NCBI GenBank assembly: GCA_965205615.1
Contig: CBDBHK010000035.1
Coordinates: forward strand, 162,620-226,619
Reading direction: 5' to 3'
Source: Acidobacteriota bacterium
GTDB lineage: Bacteria > Acidobacteriota > UBA6911 > RPQK01 > CBDAPI01
Length of the DNA stretch: 64,000 nt
Both the position numbers and the translations under genes were made by a program. Of this stretch, positions 20,881 to 30,507 are shown in pieces. The first letter of the stretch is position 1. Each line of letters begins with the position of its first letter. The notes under the pieces were generated by a model that worked only from the letters and a program-made list of their open reading frames with translations, was not told the DNA's origin and did no database searches.

Positions 20881-23018
20881 CTTCAGAGCACTCCTCGGCA
20901 AACAGGCTCCGAAAGGGTGGGATCCTGCTCGTTCAGTGCTGTCACCTTCCCCAGTTCTTTTACGCGGCCTCACTGCTGCGCCGGCGCCTTCCCGGCGTCC
21001 GAATGGACGCCCTGGTGAAGCGTTCAGCGGCGGTCGACTTCTACCTGGACAAGATGAGTCCATTTTCCTCAATCCTGAACTCCGACTCTTCAACTCTCGG
21101 GGATTCCGGCCACGAACGAATCGTGTTTCCCGGCTTCAATCGTGGATACGGGCGCATCAAGCGGGTGGCCTGGAGGCTTTCCGGAGACCGGCTCGAGCTT
21201 GACTATGAGGCCGGTCTCCAACCCCTCTCCAGGCTCCGCCTGGCCCGGTCGCTGATCCATTCCCTGCATCAGCCCGATGCCTCTTTCCGGAAATACTTCG
21301 CCACCTTTCCCCACCGTCCCCTGGAAAAAAACATCCTCTTCATAGAGAGCTGTCACTCCTCCCTCGTAAAAGCAACCGAGCCTGTCTGGAAACCGGTGCT
21401 GTCAGAACGGTGCAAGCTGACCCGTGTCTCGGGAGAACCTTTACACCGTGCGTTGCGCCAACTGAGGAACCAGCACTTTGACTCCTCTATTACCTTCTTT
21501 TCCGGGGAAACGGGATTCTTCGGACTCAAGACACTGCCCTTCCTGCTGCGGGTGCCCAGGTCGGTGGCCGTTAGTGACAGAGGTGACTTCTTCTACTGTA
21601 CGGCTGGCGGCCTGCTTCGGTACCTGTATCACAGGTTCCGAGTCGGGTCGCCTGTTCCCGGGTTCATCCGGACCATCCTCTTCATTCAGACAGAGGGTGT
21701 TGCCGGTTCTCGCAAGGCGCTGGAAACCCTCGTCTCCAGCCGACTCTTCCCGGACAGCGAAGTTGTTGTTTTGTGCCGCCAGGAGGATGCTCACGAACTC
21801 CGGAGCGTGGATGGCGTCAACCGTGTATTCGAGTTGAGGACCGGTGCGGCCCTGGAAAACTGGCGTACCTTCCAGGCGCTGCGCCGGCTCAACCCGGGGA
21901 TGGTCTCGGCCATACTGTCCGGGCGACCGGTGTTCCGGAAGGCAAAGCTTCTCTTCCTTCTTTTCTGCGACCGCCCCGCCCTGGTCTTCAACCCTGGTCT
22001 GGAATGCTACTTCCTGAGGCCCAGTACGATCCCCCGGATCTTCTCGCGAGAAACGTTCCTTCTCGAAGAACCAGCCGCATCGCGCATTGCAGTCGTGCAA
22101 ACGGAGCACTGCTCGATGCTCAGGGAGTCCATGGCCAGACTCCGGGGCCGCCGCCTCTATCCCGAGGCTGCGATCACCCTTGTCTGCAAGGCTGAAGACG
22201 CCCCTGCGCTGGAGAATCTCCCGGGCGTCGACGTGGTTTTCCACTTCCCTGAAGGCCTGGCTGGCTGGATCCGCCTGGCTCGTCAACTCCGCAAAGAGCG
22301 GCCGGAGGTGATCAGCCTCATTTTCTCAGGTCGCCGGGTGTTTTCGCCGCACAAACTCTGGGTTCTGCTGATTTTTCCGTTTCGTTCGAAGCTCGCCTTC
22401 AACGCCAGGCTTGACGCTTACTGGCTGGGCCCCGTCTCCTGGCCGCGGATCTTCCGCAAAGAGCCTCTCCTCATTGAGTCTGAGAGCCGTGGTGAAACCC
22501 TGCTGATCCAGACCGACTCGGTCTCCACGACCATGGAGGCCCTGGAATATCTGCTTTCCGTCACCGCTGCACGAGGCGCAAGAATTCGCCTCCTGTGCAG
22601 AGCGGAAGATCGGCACCGCTATCTTTCCCGGATCCCCGCAGAGGATGTGAGCACCTGGACACCGGGCTGGTCGATGGACAACCTCAAGCTCCTCATCGGA
22701 CTCTGCAGGGCCCGCGACGCTATCGCCGCCACTCTTTCCGGACAGCCTATCTTCCGTTTGCAAAAGCTGGCCTTTTTTCTCCTCCCGGCTCGGGACCGGC
22801 TGGTTTTCAACGAGAATTCAGATTGCTTCTACATGGCCCGCAGTGGTTTTGCTCGGGCACTCCGGCTTCCCAGCCGTCCAGCCTCCTATCATGGCCGCGG
22901 GCGCACACAGTTACTCCACCAGACACTCAAAATCGCTCTCTGGATTCCTCGCTTCGCCTATTTGCTGGGGTGGCTCACTATCGAAAAGCTGAAGCGAGCT
23001 CGACACCTGGCGGACTAG
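20877..23018 (+). CDS. Protein of about five tandem GT9/heptosyltransferase N-terminal-like modules
   Basis: Repeating ILFIQTE...LC(R/K)xED...LSGxxxF...FN pattern. The GTG start overlaps the upstream TGA. Confidence 0.7.
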   Translation: MTSEHSSANRLRKGGILLVQCCHLPQFFYAASLLRRRLPGVRMDALVKRSAAVDFYLDKMSPFSSILNSDSSTLGDSGHERIVFPGFNRGYGRIKRVAWRLSGDRLELDYEAGLQPLSRLRLARSLIHSLHQPDASFRKYFATFPHRPLEKNILFIESCHSSLVKATEPVWKPVLSERCKLTRVSGEPLHRALRQLRNQHFDSSITFFSGETGFFGLKTLPFLLRVPRSVAVSDRGDFFYCTAGGLLRYLYHRFRVGSPVPGFIRTILFIQTEGVAGSRKALETLVSSRLFPDSEVVVLCRQEDAHELRSVDGVNRVFELRTGAALENWRTFQALRRLNPGMVSAILSGRPVFRKAKLLFLLFCDRPALVFNPGLECYFLRPSTIPRIFSRETFLLEEPAASRIAVVQTEHCSMLRESMARLRGRRLYPEAAITLVCKAEDAPALENLPGVDVVFHFPEGLAGWIRLARQLRKERPEVISLIFSGRRVFSPHKLWVLLIFPFRSKLAFNARLDAYWLGPVSWPRIFRKEPLLIESESRGETLLIQTDSVSTTMEALEYLLSVTAARGARIRLLCRAEDRHRYLSRIPAEDVSTWTPGWSMDNLKLLIGLCRARDAIAATLSGQPIFRLQKLAFFLLPARDRLVFNENSDCFYMARSGFARALRLPSRPASYHGRGRTQLLHQTLKIALWIPRFAYLLGWLTIEKLKRARHLAD

Positions 23019-24755
23019 CCCGCATAGATCACCGATTTGGAAATGAAGGTGATTTTGGCAGGCCGGAACGGTTTTCTGAGAGTTTCGCTATCGATCCGGT
23101 CCAGGTCGAGTGATGCGGTGGTGTGGATGGTCGTGAATGGAGCGTTTTTCGGGTTCGGAAGAGCGTGACGGAATGCATTCAGGCAGAGCTCGGCCTGAGC
23201 GATGGAACGATTTCGTTTTTGGGGGCGTTTGATCGGGACAGACCTCAGCAGCGCAGAGGAATGGCCTGGAGGTTTCGAACGACGGCAGCGAAGACCTCGC
23301 TGTAGGGATAGGCTTCCGACATGGAGATCCAGACGTGGCGGACCGTGAGGCGGACCTGGGCGCCGATCTTGAGGAGCTTCAAGCGAATCGTCTGACACTG
23401 AGCGCGAGCCAGGGGGGTCTGCTTCAGTCCGAGACGACGCAAGGCGTGCATGAGCATGTAGGCGGCGGAGGACAGATACAGCCGGAGTTAATTGGCGCGC
23501 ATCGTTGCCGCGCTGGTCCGGTCGGCGAACAGACCCAACTGCTGTTCTTTTATGCGGTTCTCCATGTCGCCCCGCGCACAGTAGAAGTCTTCGTAGAGCG
23601 CGCGGGCCCCCAGGCGTTCCGGCGACAGGGAGGTGACGACGAATCGGGGATTGGCGCCTTTGTCCAGGAACTCGGCCTTGCCGACGACGCGTCGCTCCGA
23701 GGTCTAACTGTGGCGAGTCCGGTAGCGGAAATCCTTGAACACCCGCGCCGGTCGCCCGGTGGCGTTGAACTCGGCTTCGGCCTGAGTCATCGCTTCGGCG
23801 CTCTCTGACTTGAGCCGATCATTGTTGGCCAACCCCATCACGTAATCCACGTGATGGTCTTCACACCAGCGGAGCAAGTCATCCCGGCAAAAGCCCGAGT
23901 CGGCCCGGATGACGATCGAGACCTCCGGCCAGCTCTGCCGAATCCGGCCGACGATCCGTTCCAGTTCCTCCACCGATCCCGCGGCCCCATCGATATTGGA
24001 ACACCGCAACCGGGCGCACAGCAGATGCTCCCCCGAGAAGATGTACAGCGGGAGATAACAGTAGTGGCGGTAGTAACCGTGAAAGAACCGGCCTTCCTGC
24101 TGGCCATGGATCGGGTCGTCGGTCGCATCCAGATCCAGCACCATCTCCTCGGGCGCCGATTCGTGGGACTCCACGAAGGCATCCACCATCCAGCCGTCGA
24201 TCCGGTCCGGGTCCATCGCGATCTTCTTGTACCGCTCCTGCTCATCGACCTCGGCGCCGGTCAACTCCAACCGGTTCAGCGTACACCTGCCCGCCAGCGC
24301 CTTCCCCCGATCTGAGGCCTGCCGCCGCCTCTCCCCCAACGGATCGGCCTTATTCACCGCCACCGCCAGCATCGGATCGGTGCGCAACTGATCATGATCG
24401 TTCAGATCCTCGTACCCCAGACAGAGTCCGTAGATGCGCTGCCCCAACAACTCCTCGACCGTGTGTTCGATCAACCGCGGATCCCGGTGATCCCTGAAAC
24501 ACTCAGCCAGTCCGGCGATCAGACCCGTCCCCCTCTCGACCTCTCGCAACAGCAGCACCCCTGCATCGGAGGTGATCTTCCCGCCGTCGAACCGCGCCTT
24601 CACTTTGCGTTGAAATAGTCCGTGAAATTCGAACCTGGCTTGTTTACACTCTGTTCTCATAAGGGCCGCCTCCGTTTGCGTGTGAAAACGTTCATTCAAA
24701 ACGCTTTATACCAAACAGGGCGGCCTTTTCAGGTCCCATCGGTGAGAAATGGCGG
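23019..24755 (-). mobile_element. IS1380-family element, copy 1 (1737 bp, CTAG target duplication)
   Basis: Imperfect IRs CCGCCATTTCTCACCGAT / CCCGCATAGATCACCGAT; CTAG at 23015-23018 and 24756-24759; near-identical to 45250-46986. Confidence 0.95.
23245..24660 (-). pseudogene. IS1380 transposase with two nonsense codons
   Basis: Relative to the intact copy: TGG>TAG at 23704-23706 and CAA>TAA at 23488-23490. Confidence 0.92.
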
Positions 24756-24759
24756 CTAG

Positions 24760-24920
24760 TGCAGCTCGCCATAAGTTCTGAGCCAGGGTCGGCGCGTCAA
24801 TCGTCGTCGCTGGCTAGGCGTCGGGAGCGAGTCCTATCAAGCTATATGGCGAGCGAGCGCAACAACGCCAGCGGCGAGGAGGGACGTCTGAACGTGGGTC
24901 AGAATTTGTGGCGGGCTGCA
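24760..24920. mobile_element. MITE (161 bp) flanked by CTAG
   Basis: Terminal IRs TGCAGCTCGCCATAAGTTCTGA / TCAGAATTTGTGGCGGGCTGCA, with CTAG on both sides and no credible coding content. Confidence 0.8.
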
Positions 24921-24957
24921 CTAGGACGGGTAGTTGTACGCCTTTAGCGTCAGGTAC

Positions 24958-24992
24958 CAACAGCCCGAGGTGGAAATCGCGCGGGCTGCTAG
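24958..24992. repeat. CTAG-family mini-palindrome (CAGCCCG..GGAAATCGCGCGGGCTGCTAG)
   Basis: Matches 44149-44184 and 58419-58474; contains the stop codon of the SnoaL gene. Confidence 0.75.
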
Positions 24993-25399
24993 CCCACCGC
25001 CATGGAACTCTGGACCGGGTCCGGCGAGGAGTGAAGATGCGTCAGCTTCCAACTGCCGTTGTTTTTGTGGTAGATCTCCGTCCAGCGGCCGTTCTCTCTT
25101 TGAAGCTGCCCGTTGGACTGGTGGGCGAGGAGATACTGGGAGGTAATCCACGCGACCTCCTCTTTGACCTCAATCTGAATATTGGAGGTGAAAAAGGTTA
25201 GTTCGGCCAGTTTTCCGAAGTATTGTTGCAGCGTGTTCTCAAAGGTCTTGAAGTCGGAGAAACGAGGCGGCGGAACCGTGTTGAAAATCACGGCATGCTC
25301 GGCATAGATGCTGCGTAGTCCGGGGAGGTCCTTTTGCTCCCATGCCTTCACATGTTTTCTGTGCAGGTCGAGCAGGTGATCTCGGGGGTTATTCCGCAT
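24989..25399 (-). CDS. SnoaL/NTF2-like (DUF4440) protein
   Basis: AW..KDL..L..IYAEHAV and GRWTEIY...GSWKLTHLHSS patterns. Confidence 0.85.
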   Translation of the reverse strand: MRNNPRDHLLDLHRKHVKAWEQKDLPGLRSIYAEHAVIFNTVPPPRFSDFKTFENTLQQYFGKLAELTFFTSNIQIEVKEEVAWITSQYLLAHQSNGQLQRENGRWTEIYHKNNGSWKLTHLHSSPDPVQSSMAVG

Positions 25400-25591
25400 A
25401 AGTTATTCAGAGATTGGATCTTAGCAAACTTTAGGCCCCCGTTTCAAATGCCGCGGCCAGGGGAATCCAGAGGGCCGACCGATAACGACGCCCCTTCTTT
25501 ATCGGGTTCCCGGACTCCGATCCCCGGCACCAGGAACATGGAAGGCCTAACGTTCTGGTAACATAACTCAAGCCTCGGAGAGGAGTTTGCA

Positions 25592-26422
25592 ATGCCTTCT
25601 TTATGGTCTGGCTCTCTCAGCTTCGGCCTGGTTTCAATCCCTGTGCGGCTCGAGGTTTCCCGGCGCAGTCAGAGGCTCGGCTTCAATCTGTTGTGCCCCG
25701 AATGCCTGGGTCGAATCAATCAGGTTCCCTACTGCCCCGCCTGCGATGAGTACAGGGAGCGTGCAGAGCTGAAGAAAGGCTATCAGTATCAGCCGGACGA
25801 GTATGTGCTGATCGACCCCGAGGACCTCAGCACAGCGGAAAGCAATGCGTCTCGCAATATTGAGGTCATCGCGTTCGTGGACGCCGCGGAATTGAAACCG
25901 GTCTACCTCAACCGCACCTACTACCTGGTCCCTGAAGCGGATGCCGAAAAGAGCTATGCATTGCTCCACCGAAGCATGCGGGAAACCCGGAAAGTCGCCA
26001 TAGCCCGGTTCGTCATGCGAGGCAAGGAATACATTGGAGCCGTGAATTTCAGCGAGCGCGGCCTGATGATGCACATCCTCTTTCACAAGGGCGAGTTCAA
26101 GGATATCGAAGACGTGATTCCAGACCTGGAAATAGAGGTCTCGAGCAAGGAACTGAATCTGGCCGAGCAGATTATCGAAAAATATGTCCAGGATTTCTCC
26201 GAGGACATGCTCAATGACGAATACCGGATCCGGCTTCTCGACGTGATCCGGCAGAAAATCGAGGGCAGGAGCATCGTGGTTGCAGAGACCAGGAAGCCGG
26301 CTAAGGTCGTCGACCTCATGGAAGCCCTCAAAAAGAGTCTCGACGCCACCTCCGGAAGAAGGCAGGATGAGAACCGGGAGGACGCCGGGGAGTTGCCGGA
26401 AAAGAAACGCAAGCAAGCCTGA
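25592..26422 (+). CDS. ku: Non-homologous end-joining protein Ku
   Basis: WSGSLSFGLVSIPVRL, KGYQY, YYLVP, DEYR and VVDLMEALKKS motifs. Confidence 0.93.
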   Translation: MPSLWSGSLSFGLVSIPVRLEVSRRSQRLGFNLLCPECLGRINQVPYCPACDEYRERAELKKGYQYQPDEYVLIDPEDLSTAESNASRNIEVIAFVDAAELKPVYLNRTYYLVPEADAEKSYALLHRSMRETRKVAIARFVMRGKEYIGAVNFSERGLMMHILFHKGEFKDIEDVIPDLEIEVSSKELNLAEQIIEKYVQDFSEDMLNDEYRIRLLDVIRQKIEGRSIVVAETRKPAKVVDLMEALKKSLDATSGRRQDENREDAGELPEKKRKQA

Positions 26423-26466
26423 AGCGGTTCGTGGGATTTCCTCCATGAACGGCTAGACCGCCAACC

Positions 26467-27351
26467 ATGCTCAAACAATTCAACCGGGAGCAGGTTTCCA
26501 AGATTCTCGAGATCAGAGTCGGCCGACTTCGATACTGGGACAGGATAGGGCTGGTCAAGCCGAGCCTTCGCCAGGGCGGCCAGGTATTTTACGATTTCCA
26601 GGACCTGATCTGTCTTCGCACGGTAAAAAAGATCATCAAGAGGGGGGTTGCGGCAACTCACCTGAATCGAAGTGTCGCTTCACTCATCAGGCGGTTTCCG
26701 GAAAGGGACCACCACCTCAGCAGCCTTCGAGTCTTTGCACTGGGAGACCGCGTCATCGCGGCAAAAGGAGATCGGCTGGTCGACAGTTTGTCCGGGCAAT
26801 ACCTCCTCGGTCTGGATTGGGACAGGGTGCGGGGTGAGGTCAGAGAACGGGTCGACAGTTTCGCCGGGACTCGGGAGGCAGACGAATGGTACGAGGAGGG
26901 CCTTCGTCACGATTTCGATCCTTCCACGCATGAGCAGGCCCTGCATGTTTGTCGGCAGGCCATCAAGCTGGACCCTCGTCACGAACGGGCGTTTGTGCAC
27001 CTGGGGACCCTTTACTATCGGAGACGGAAATACCGGCAGGCCGAACGGAACTTCGCAAGAGCCCTGGAGATCACACCCGGGAATGCTGAGGCCCTCTTCC
27101 ACCTGGGCGTTGTTTTCGAAGAGTGCGACCGCCCCGGGAAGGCCCTGGCCTGTTTCGAACAGGCCCTGGTCTCGAGGCCCGATTTCCCGGAAGCTCACTA
27201 CCATCTGGCGGGCGTAGCCGAGAAGCTGGAAGACCTGGAAAAGGCAATCCTTCACTGGGAGTCCTATCTCGAATTCGACAAGACGACCCTCCACGGCCGA
27301 ATCGCGCACAAGCGGATTCAGCTTCTGCGCACTCAGTTGCAGGGGAGTTGA
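26467..27351 (+). CDS. MerR-type HTH + TPR-repeat protein
   Basis: N-terminal LRYWDRIGLVKP...YDFQDL, followed by about four TPR units. Confidence 0.85.
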   Translation: MLKQFNREQVSKILEIRVGRLRYWDRIGLVKPSLRQGGQVFYDFQDLICLRTVKKIIKRGVAATHLNRSVASLIRRFPERDHHLSSLRVFALGDRVIAAKGDRLVDSLSGQYLLGLDWDRVRGEVRERVDSFAGTREADEWYEEGLRHDFDPSTHEQALHVCRQAIKLDPRHERAFVHLGTLYYRRRKYRQAERNFARALEITPGNAEALFHLGVVFEECDRPGKALACFEQALVSRPDFPEAHYHLAGVAEKLEDLEKAILHWESYLEFDKTTLHGRIAHKRIQLLRTQLQGS

Positions 27352-27408
27352 AATCCCGGGCGGAACCCGTATCATGGGCCCGATGAGGGAAGGAGACGAG
27401 AAAACCTG

Positions 27409-28062
27409 ATGATCAGCCACGCCATGGAGGATTACCTGAAAACCATCTACCTGCTGGGGCACGATGGAGAGAAGGTTTCGACATCGAAGCTGGCGGAAAA
27501 ACTGGATTGCTCGCCGGCGAGTGTCACCAACATGCTGCAGAAGCTGGCCTCTCTCAGACTGGTGCAGTACCGGCCCTACCAGGGAGTTGACCTGACCGAA
27601 GCAGGTACGCGCGTGGCTCTAGAGGTCCTGCGCCACCACCGTCTCATCGAGCTGTATCTGAAGGAGGTGCTGGGTTATAGCTGGGACAAAGTCCACGCTG
27701 AAGCCGAGGAACTCGAGCACGTGATGTCGGAGGAGCTCGAGGAGCGTATCGACAAGGCGCTGGGCTATCCCACCAGGGACCCGCATGGGCATCCCATCCC
27801 TCGGAAAGACGGGACGGTCATGGAGGAGCAACTCCCTTCTCTGTGGGACGTGAAGGAACTGACCAGTGTCGTTGTGGCCCGTGTCGAGGACCGGGACGCT
27901 TCGGTATTGCGGTACCTGGATTCTCTGGGGATACATCCCCAGACAGAGATACGCGTTCTCGAGAAGGCCCCCTTCAACGGTCCGGTGCTGATCCGGCTCG
28001 ATGGCACCCAGCACAGTCTCAGCGAAGAACTGGCCCGCCAGATCTTCGTCAGGATCGAATGA
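27409..28062 (+). CDS. mntR: DtxR/MntR-family metal-dependent regulator with FeoA domain
   Basis: MEDYLKTIY, RHHRLIE, EAEELEH and DPHGHPIP motifs. Confidence 0.9.
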   Translation: MISHAMEDYLKTIYLLGHDGEKVSTSKLAEKLDCSPASVTNMLQKLASLRLVQYRPYQGVDLTEAGTRVALEVLRHHRLIELYLKEVLGYSWDKVHAEAEELEHVMSEELEERIDKALGYPTRDPHGHPIPRKDGTVMEEQLPSLWDVKELTSVVVARVEDRDASVLRYLDSLGIHPQTEIRVLEKAPFNGPVLIRLDGTQHSLSEELARQIFVRIE

Positions 28063-29639
28063 ACGTTCCTCTTACCCATCTTCGCTTCCTGGAGCGCGCG
28101 GCGACTCAGTTTGGTGACAAGACCGGGATCGTAGACGGCGACCTCCTGTGGACCTACTCCGAATACGCCTCTCGGTGCCGCCAACTGGCCAACCTGCTGG
28201 ACCGCCTCGAGCTCTCTCCGGGGGGCCGCGTGGTCTGCTTCGCCTACAACACGCACCACCTCCTGGAAGCCTACTACGGAGTCAACCTGGCCGGAGGTGT
28301 TCTTGTCCCACTCAACATTCGCCTGTCTCCCGCCGAGGTCCGGTTCATCCTGGATGACTGTCAGGCCGAGGTCGTGCTGTTTCACCGAGAACTGGCCCAT
28401 GCCCTGGAAGGGATTGCCAATCAGCTGGAGTCGGTTCGTTACTTCATCCTGCTGGACACGGACACGCCGCCGGACTGGGCCCACTCCGATCCCCTTGAGG
28501 AACTCATGGAAAAAGAGGCCCCGGAACGCCCGCTCGACGTCATGGCGCAGGACGAAAACGCCGTGGCCGAGATCTTCTATACGTCTGGGACCACAGGACA
28601 ACCCAAGGGAGTCATGCTCAGTCATCGGAACCTCTATTTACATGCTCTGGAGGCCGCACTTTGTACGGGAACTTCGGAGGCCGACGTTGTTCTTCATGCG
28701 ATTCCTCTTTTCCATGTCAACGGGTGGGGAACACCACAGTACCTGACCTGTCTGGGAGGCACCCACGTCATGCTTCACCGGTTCGACGCACAAGAGGTCT
28801 TTAAATCGATCCAGAGGCACAGAGTGACTGCCTTTTCGCTCGTACCGACGATGGCCACCACCCTCTTGAACCACGAATCGCTGGGCCGCTTCGACTTCGC
28901 TTCTGTTCGCATGGTGATCATCGGGGGCGCCTCCTCCAATCCGGGGCAGATCCGTGCAGTCGCGGAAGCCTTCGATTGTGAATGTTATGCCGGATACGGT
29001 CTTACGGAGACGGCGCCCGTTCTCACGATCGCCAAACTCAAAACCCACCTGGACCTCAGCGAAGAGCAGCAGTTCGAGTTGATGGCCAAGGCCGGTCATC
29101 CGGTGCCCGGCGTTCAGCTGAGGCTGATCGACGATGCCGGCAATACCCTCCCCTGGGATGGGGAGCAGATTGGCGAAGTCGTGGTCCGCTCGGATACTGT
29201 CATGACCGGTTATCTGAATCGGCCCGAGGCCACCGCTGCTGCTTTTGAAGGAGGATGGTTCCACACCGGTGACCTGGCCACTATCGATCCGGCCGGCTAT
29301 CTTCAGATCGTAGACCGAAAAAAGGACATCATTATCAGCGGAGGCGAGAACATCTCCTCGGTCGAAATCGAGAAGGCGGTTCTCGCCCATCCGGCAATCC
29401 TGGAATGTGTCGTCGTCCCGGTACCGGACGCTCAGTGGGGCGAGGTCCCCAGGGCCCTGGTCATCCTGAAACCGGGCACTCGTGTCAGAGCCGGGGAAAT
29501 CATCGAGTTCAGCCGCCGCAGGCTGGCCGGATTCAAGACGCCAAAAAGCGTGGAATTCTACGACGAGTTTCCCAAAGGAGGAACCGGCAAGGTCCTCAAA
29601 CGAGAGTTGCGCAAGAAATACTGGCCAGGTGGAGGCTAG
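28059..29639 (+). CDS. Long-chain fatty acid/acyl-CoA ligase
   Basis: YTSGTTGQPKG, GYGLTE, FHTGD and DRKKDIIISGGEN motifs; ATGA overlap with mntR. Confidence 0.92.
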   Translation: MNVPLTHLRFLERAATQFGDKTGIVDGDLLWTYSEYASRCRQLANLLDRLELSPGGRVVCFAYNTHHLLEAYYGVNLAGGVLVPLNIRLSPAEVRFILDDCQAEVVLFHRELAHALEGIANQLESVRYFILLDTDTPPDWAHSDPLEELMEKEAPERPLDVMAQDENAVAEIFYTSGTTGQPKGVMLSHRNLYLHALEAALCTGTSEADVVLHAIPLFHVNGWGTPQYLTCLGGTHVMLHRFDAQEVFKSIQRHRVTAFSLVPTMATTLLNHESLGRFDFASVRMVIIGGASSNPGQIRAVAEAFDCECYAGYGLTETAPVLTIAKLKTHLDLSEEQQFELMAKAGHPVPGVQLRLIDDAGNTLPWDGEQIGEVVVRSDTVMTGYLNRPEATAAAFEGGWFHTGDLATIDPAGYLQIVDRKKDIIISGGENISSVEIEKAVLAHPAILECVVVPVPDAQWGEVPRALVILKPGTRVRAGEIIEFSRRRLAGFKTPKSVEFYDEFPKGGTGKVLKRELRKKYWPGGG

Positions 29640-29645
29640 CAGCCC

Positions 29646-30278
29646 GTGGGAAGGGTCCTCTTTATCGATAGCCGACAACCTGACCCGGTTGCTCTGCAGG
29701 CCGCGGTGGAAGTGATTCAACAGGGCGGCGTTGTTCTTTCTCCGACGGACACCGTCTACGGGCTGGCCTGTGACCCGGGCCGGCCAGAGGCTATCGGGAG
29801 GGTCCGCAAAATCAAGGGAAGCGTTCCGGAGAAGGGCTTTCTACTCCTGATCTCCACCCCGGAATGGGTGAGGCGCCTGGGCGCGGTGACCCCGCGGAAT
29901 TTCGGGCGCCTGAAGCACTTCTGGCCGGGACCCGTGACCTTTTTGTTCGCGGCCGGACCCGAGGCACCGGAGGAAGTGGTCAGCTCCGAGCAGAAGATCG
30001 GTCTGAGATGTCCAGATGACGTCTTTCTCCGGGCCTGGCTGGAGAGTCTGATGCACCCTCTTCTTTCCACCAGTGCCAACCGTTCCGGAGAAGAACCTCC
30101 GGCTACGACACTCGAACTGAGGGAAGCGTTTGAGGATAGCGCCGACTTGCTGCTCCTGGCCCGGGAACCACAGGATGAGAGGGCCTCGACGGTCGTCGAT
30201 TTGACGACGGATCCGGCTCGGATTGTGCGCCGGGGAGAAGGCGCTGATCGAGTCGAAGCGGCGCTGACACAACCGTAG
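29646..30278 (+). CDS. tsaC: L-threonylcarbamoyladenylate synthase
   Basis: PTDTVYGL, WPGPVT, STSANRSG and STVVD motifs. Confidence 0.9.
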   Translation: MGRVLFIDSRQPDPVALQAAVEVIQQGGVVLSPTDTVYGLACDPGRPEAIGRVRKIKGSVPEKGFLLLISTPEWVRRLGAVTPRNFGRLKHFWPGPVTFLFAAGPEAPEEVVSSEQKIGLRCPDDVFLRAWLESLMHPLLSTSANRSGEEPPATTLELREAFEDSADLLLLAREPQDERASTVVDLTTDPARIVRRGEGADRVEAALTQP

Positions 30279-30324
30279 AGCGGGAACTCACCCCTCTTCC
30301 GTAACTCAACGGCAGGCTTATGCT

Positions 30325-30400
30325 TGGAGAGTTGGAGGGGCCTGGGACAGCGACCGTTTAAATCCCCCCGGTCGAGGGCCCAGGCCCCTTCAACTCTCCA
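30325..30400. repeat. Long imperfect hairpin with a TTTAAATCCC apical loop
   Basis: Arms TGGAGAGTTGGAGGGGCCTGGG / CCCAGGCCCCTTCAACTCTCCA; inner stem CGACCG/CGGTCG. Confidence 0.7.
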
Positions 30401-30461
30401 GATCCCCGGCTCGCGCCCGGAGTGCCGTGCCGTTCTCGTGTCCTGTTATCCGACCTCCACA

Positions 30462-30496
30462 ACGCGGTACGTGGAACGCAGGACGTGGAACGTGGA
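30462..30496. repeat. Heptamer tandem repeat (ACGTGGA-like x5)
   Basis: acgcggt acgtgga acgcagg acgtgga acgtgga. Confidence 0.7.
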
Positions 30497-30507
30497 ATAA
30501 TCCGTCC

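Noticed and set aside
23488-23706. In-frame TAG/TAA as evidence of stop-codon recoding
   Set aside because: The intact IS copy has TGG and CAA at these sites, and TAG is the commonest true terminator here.
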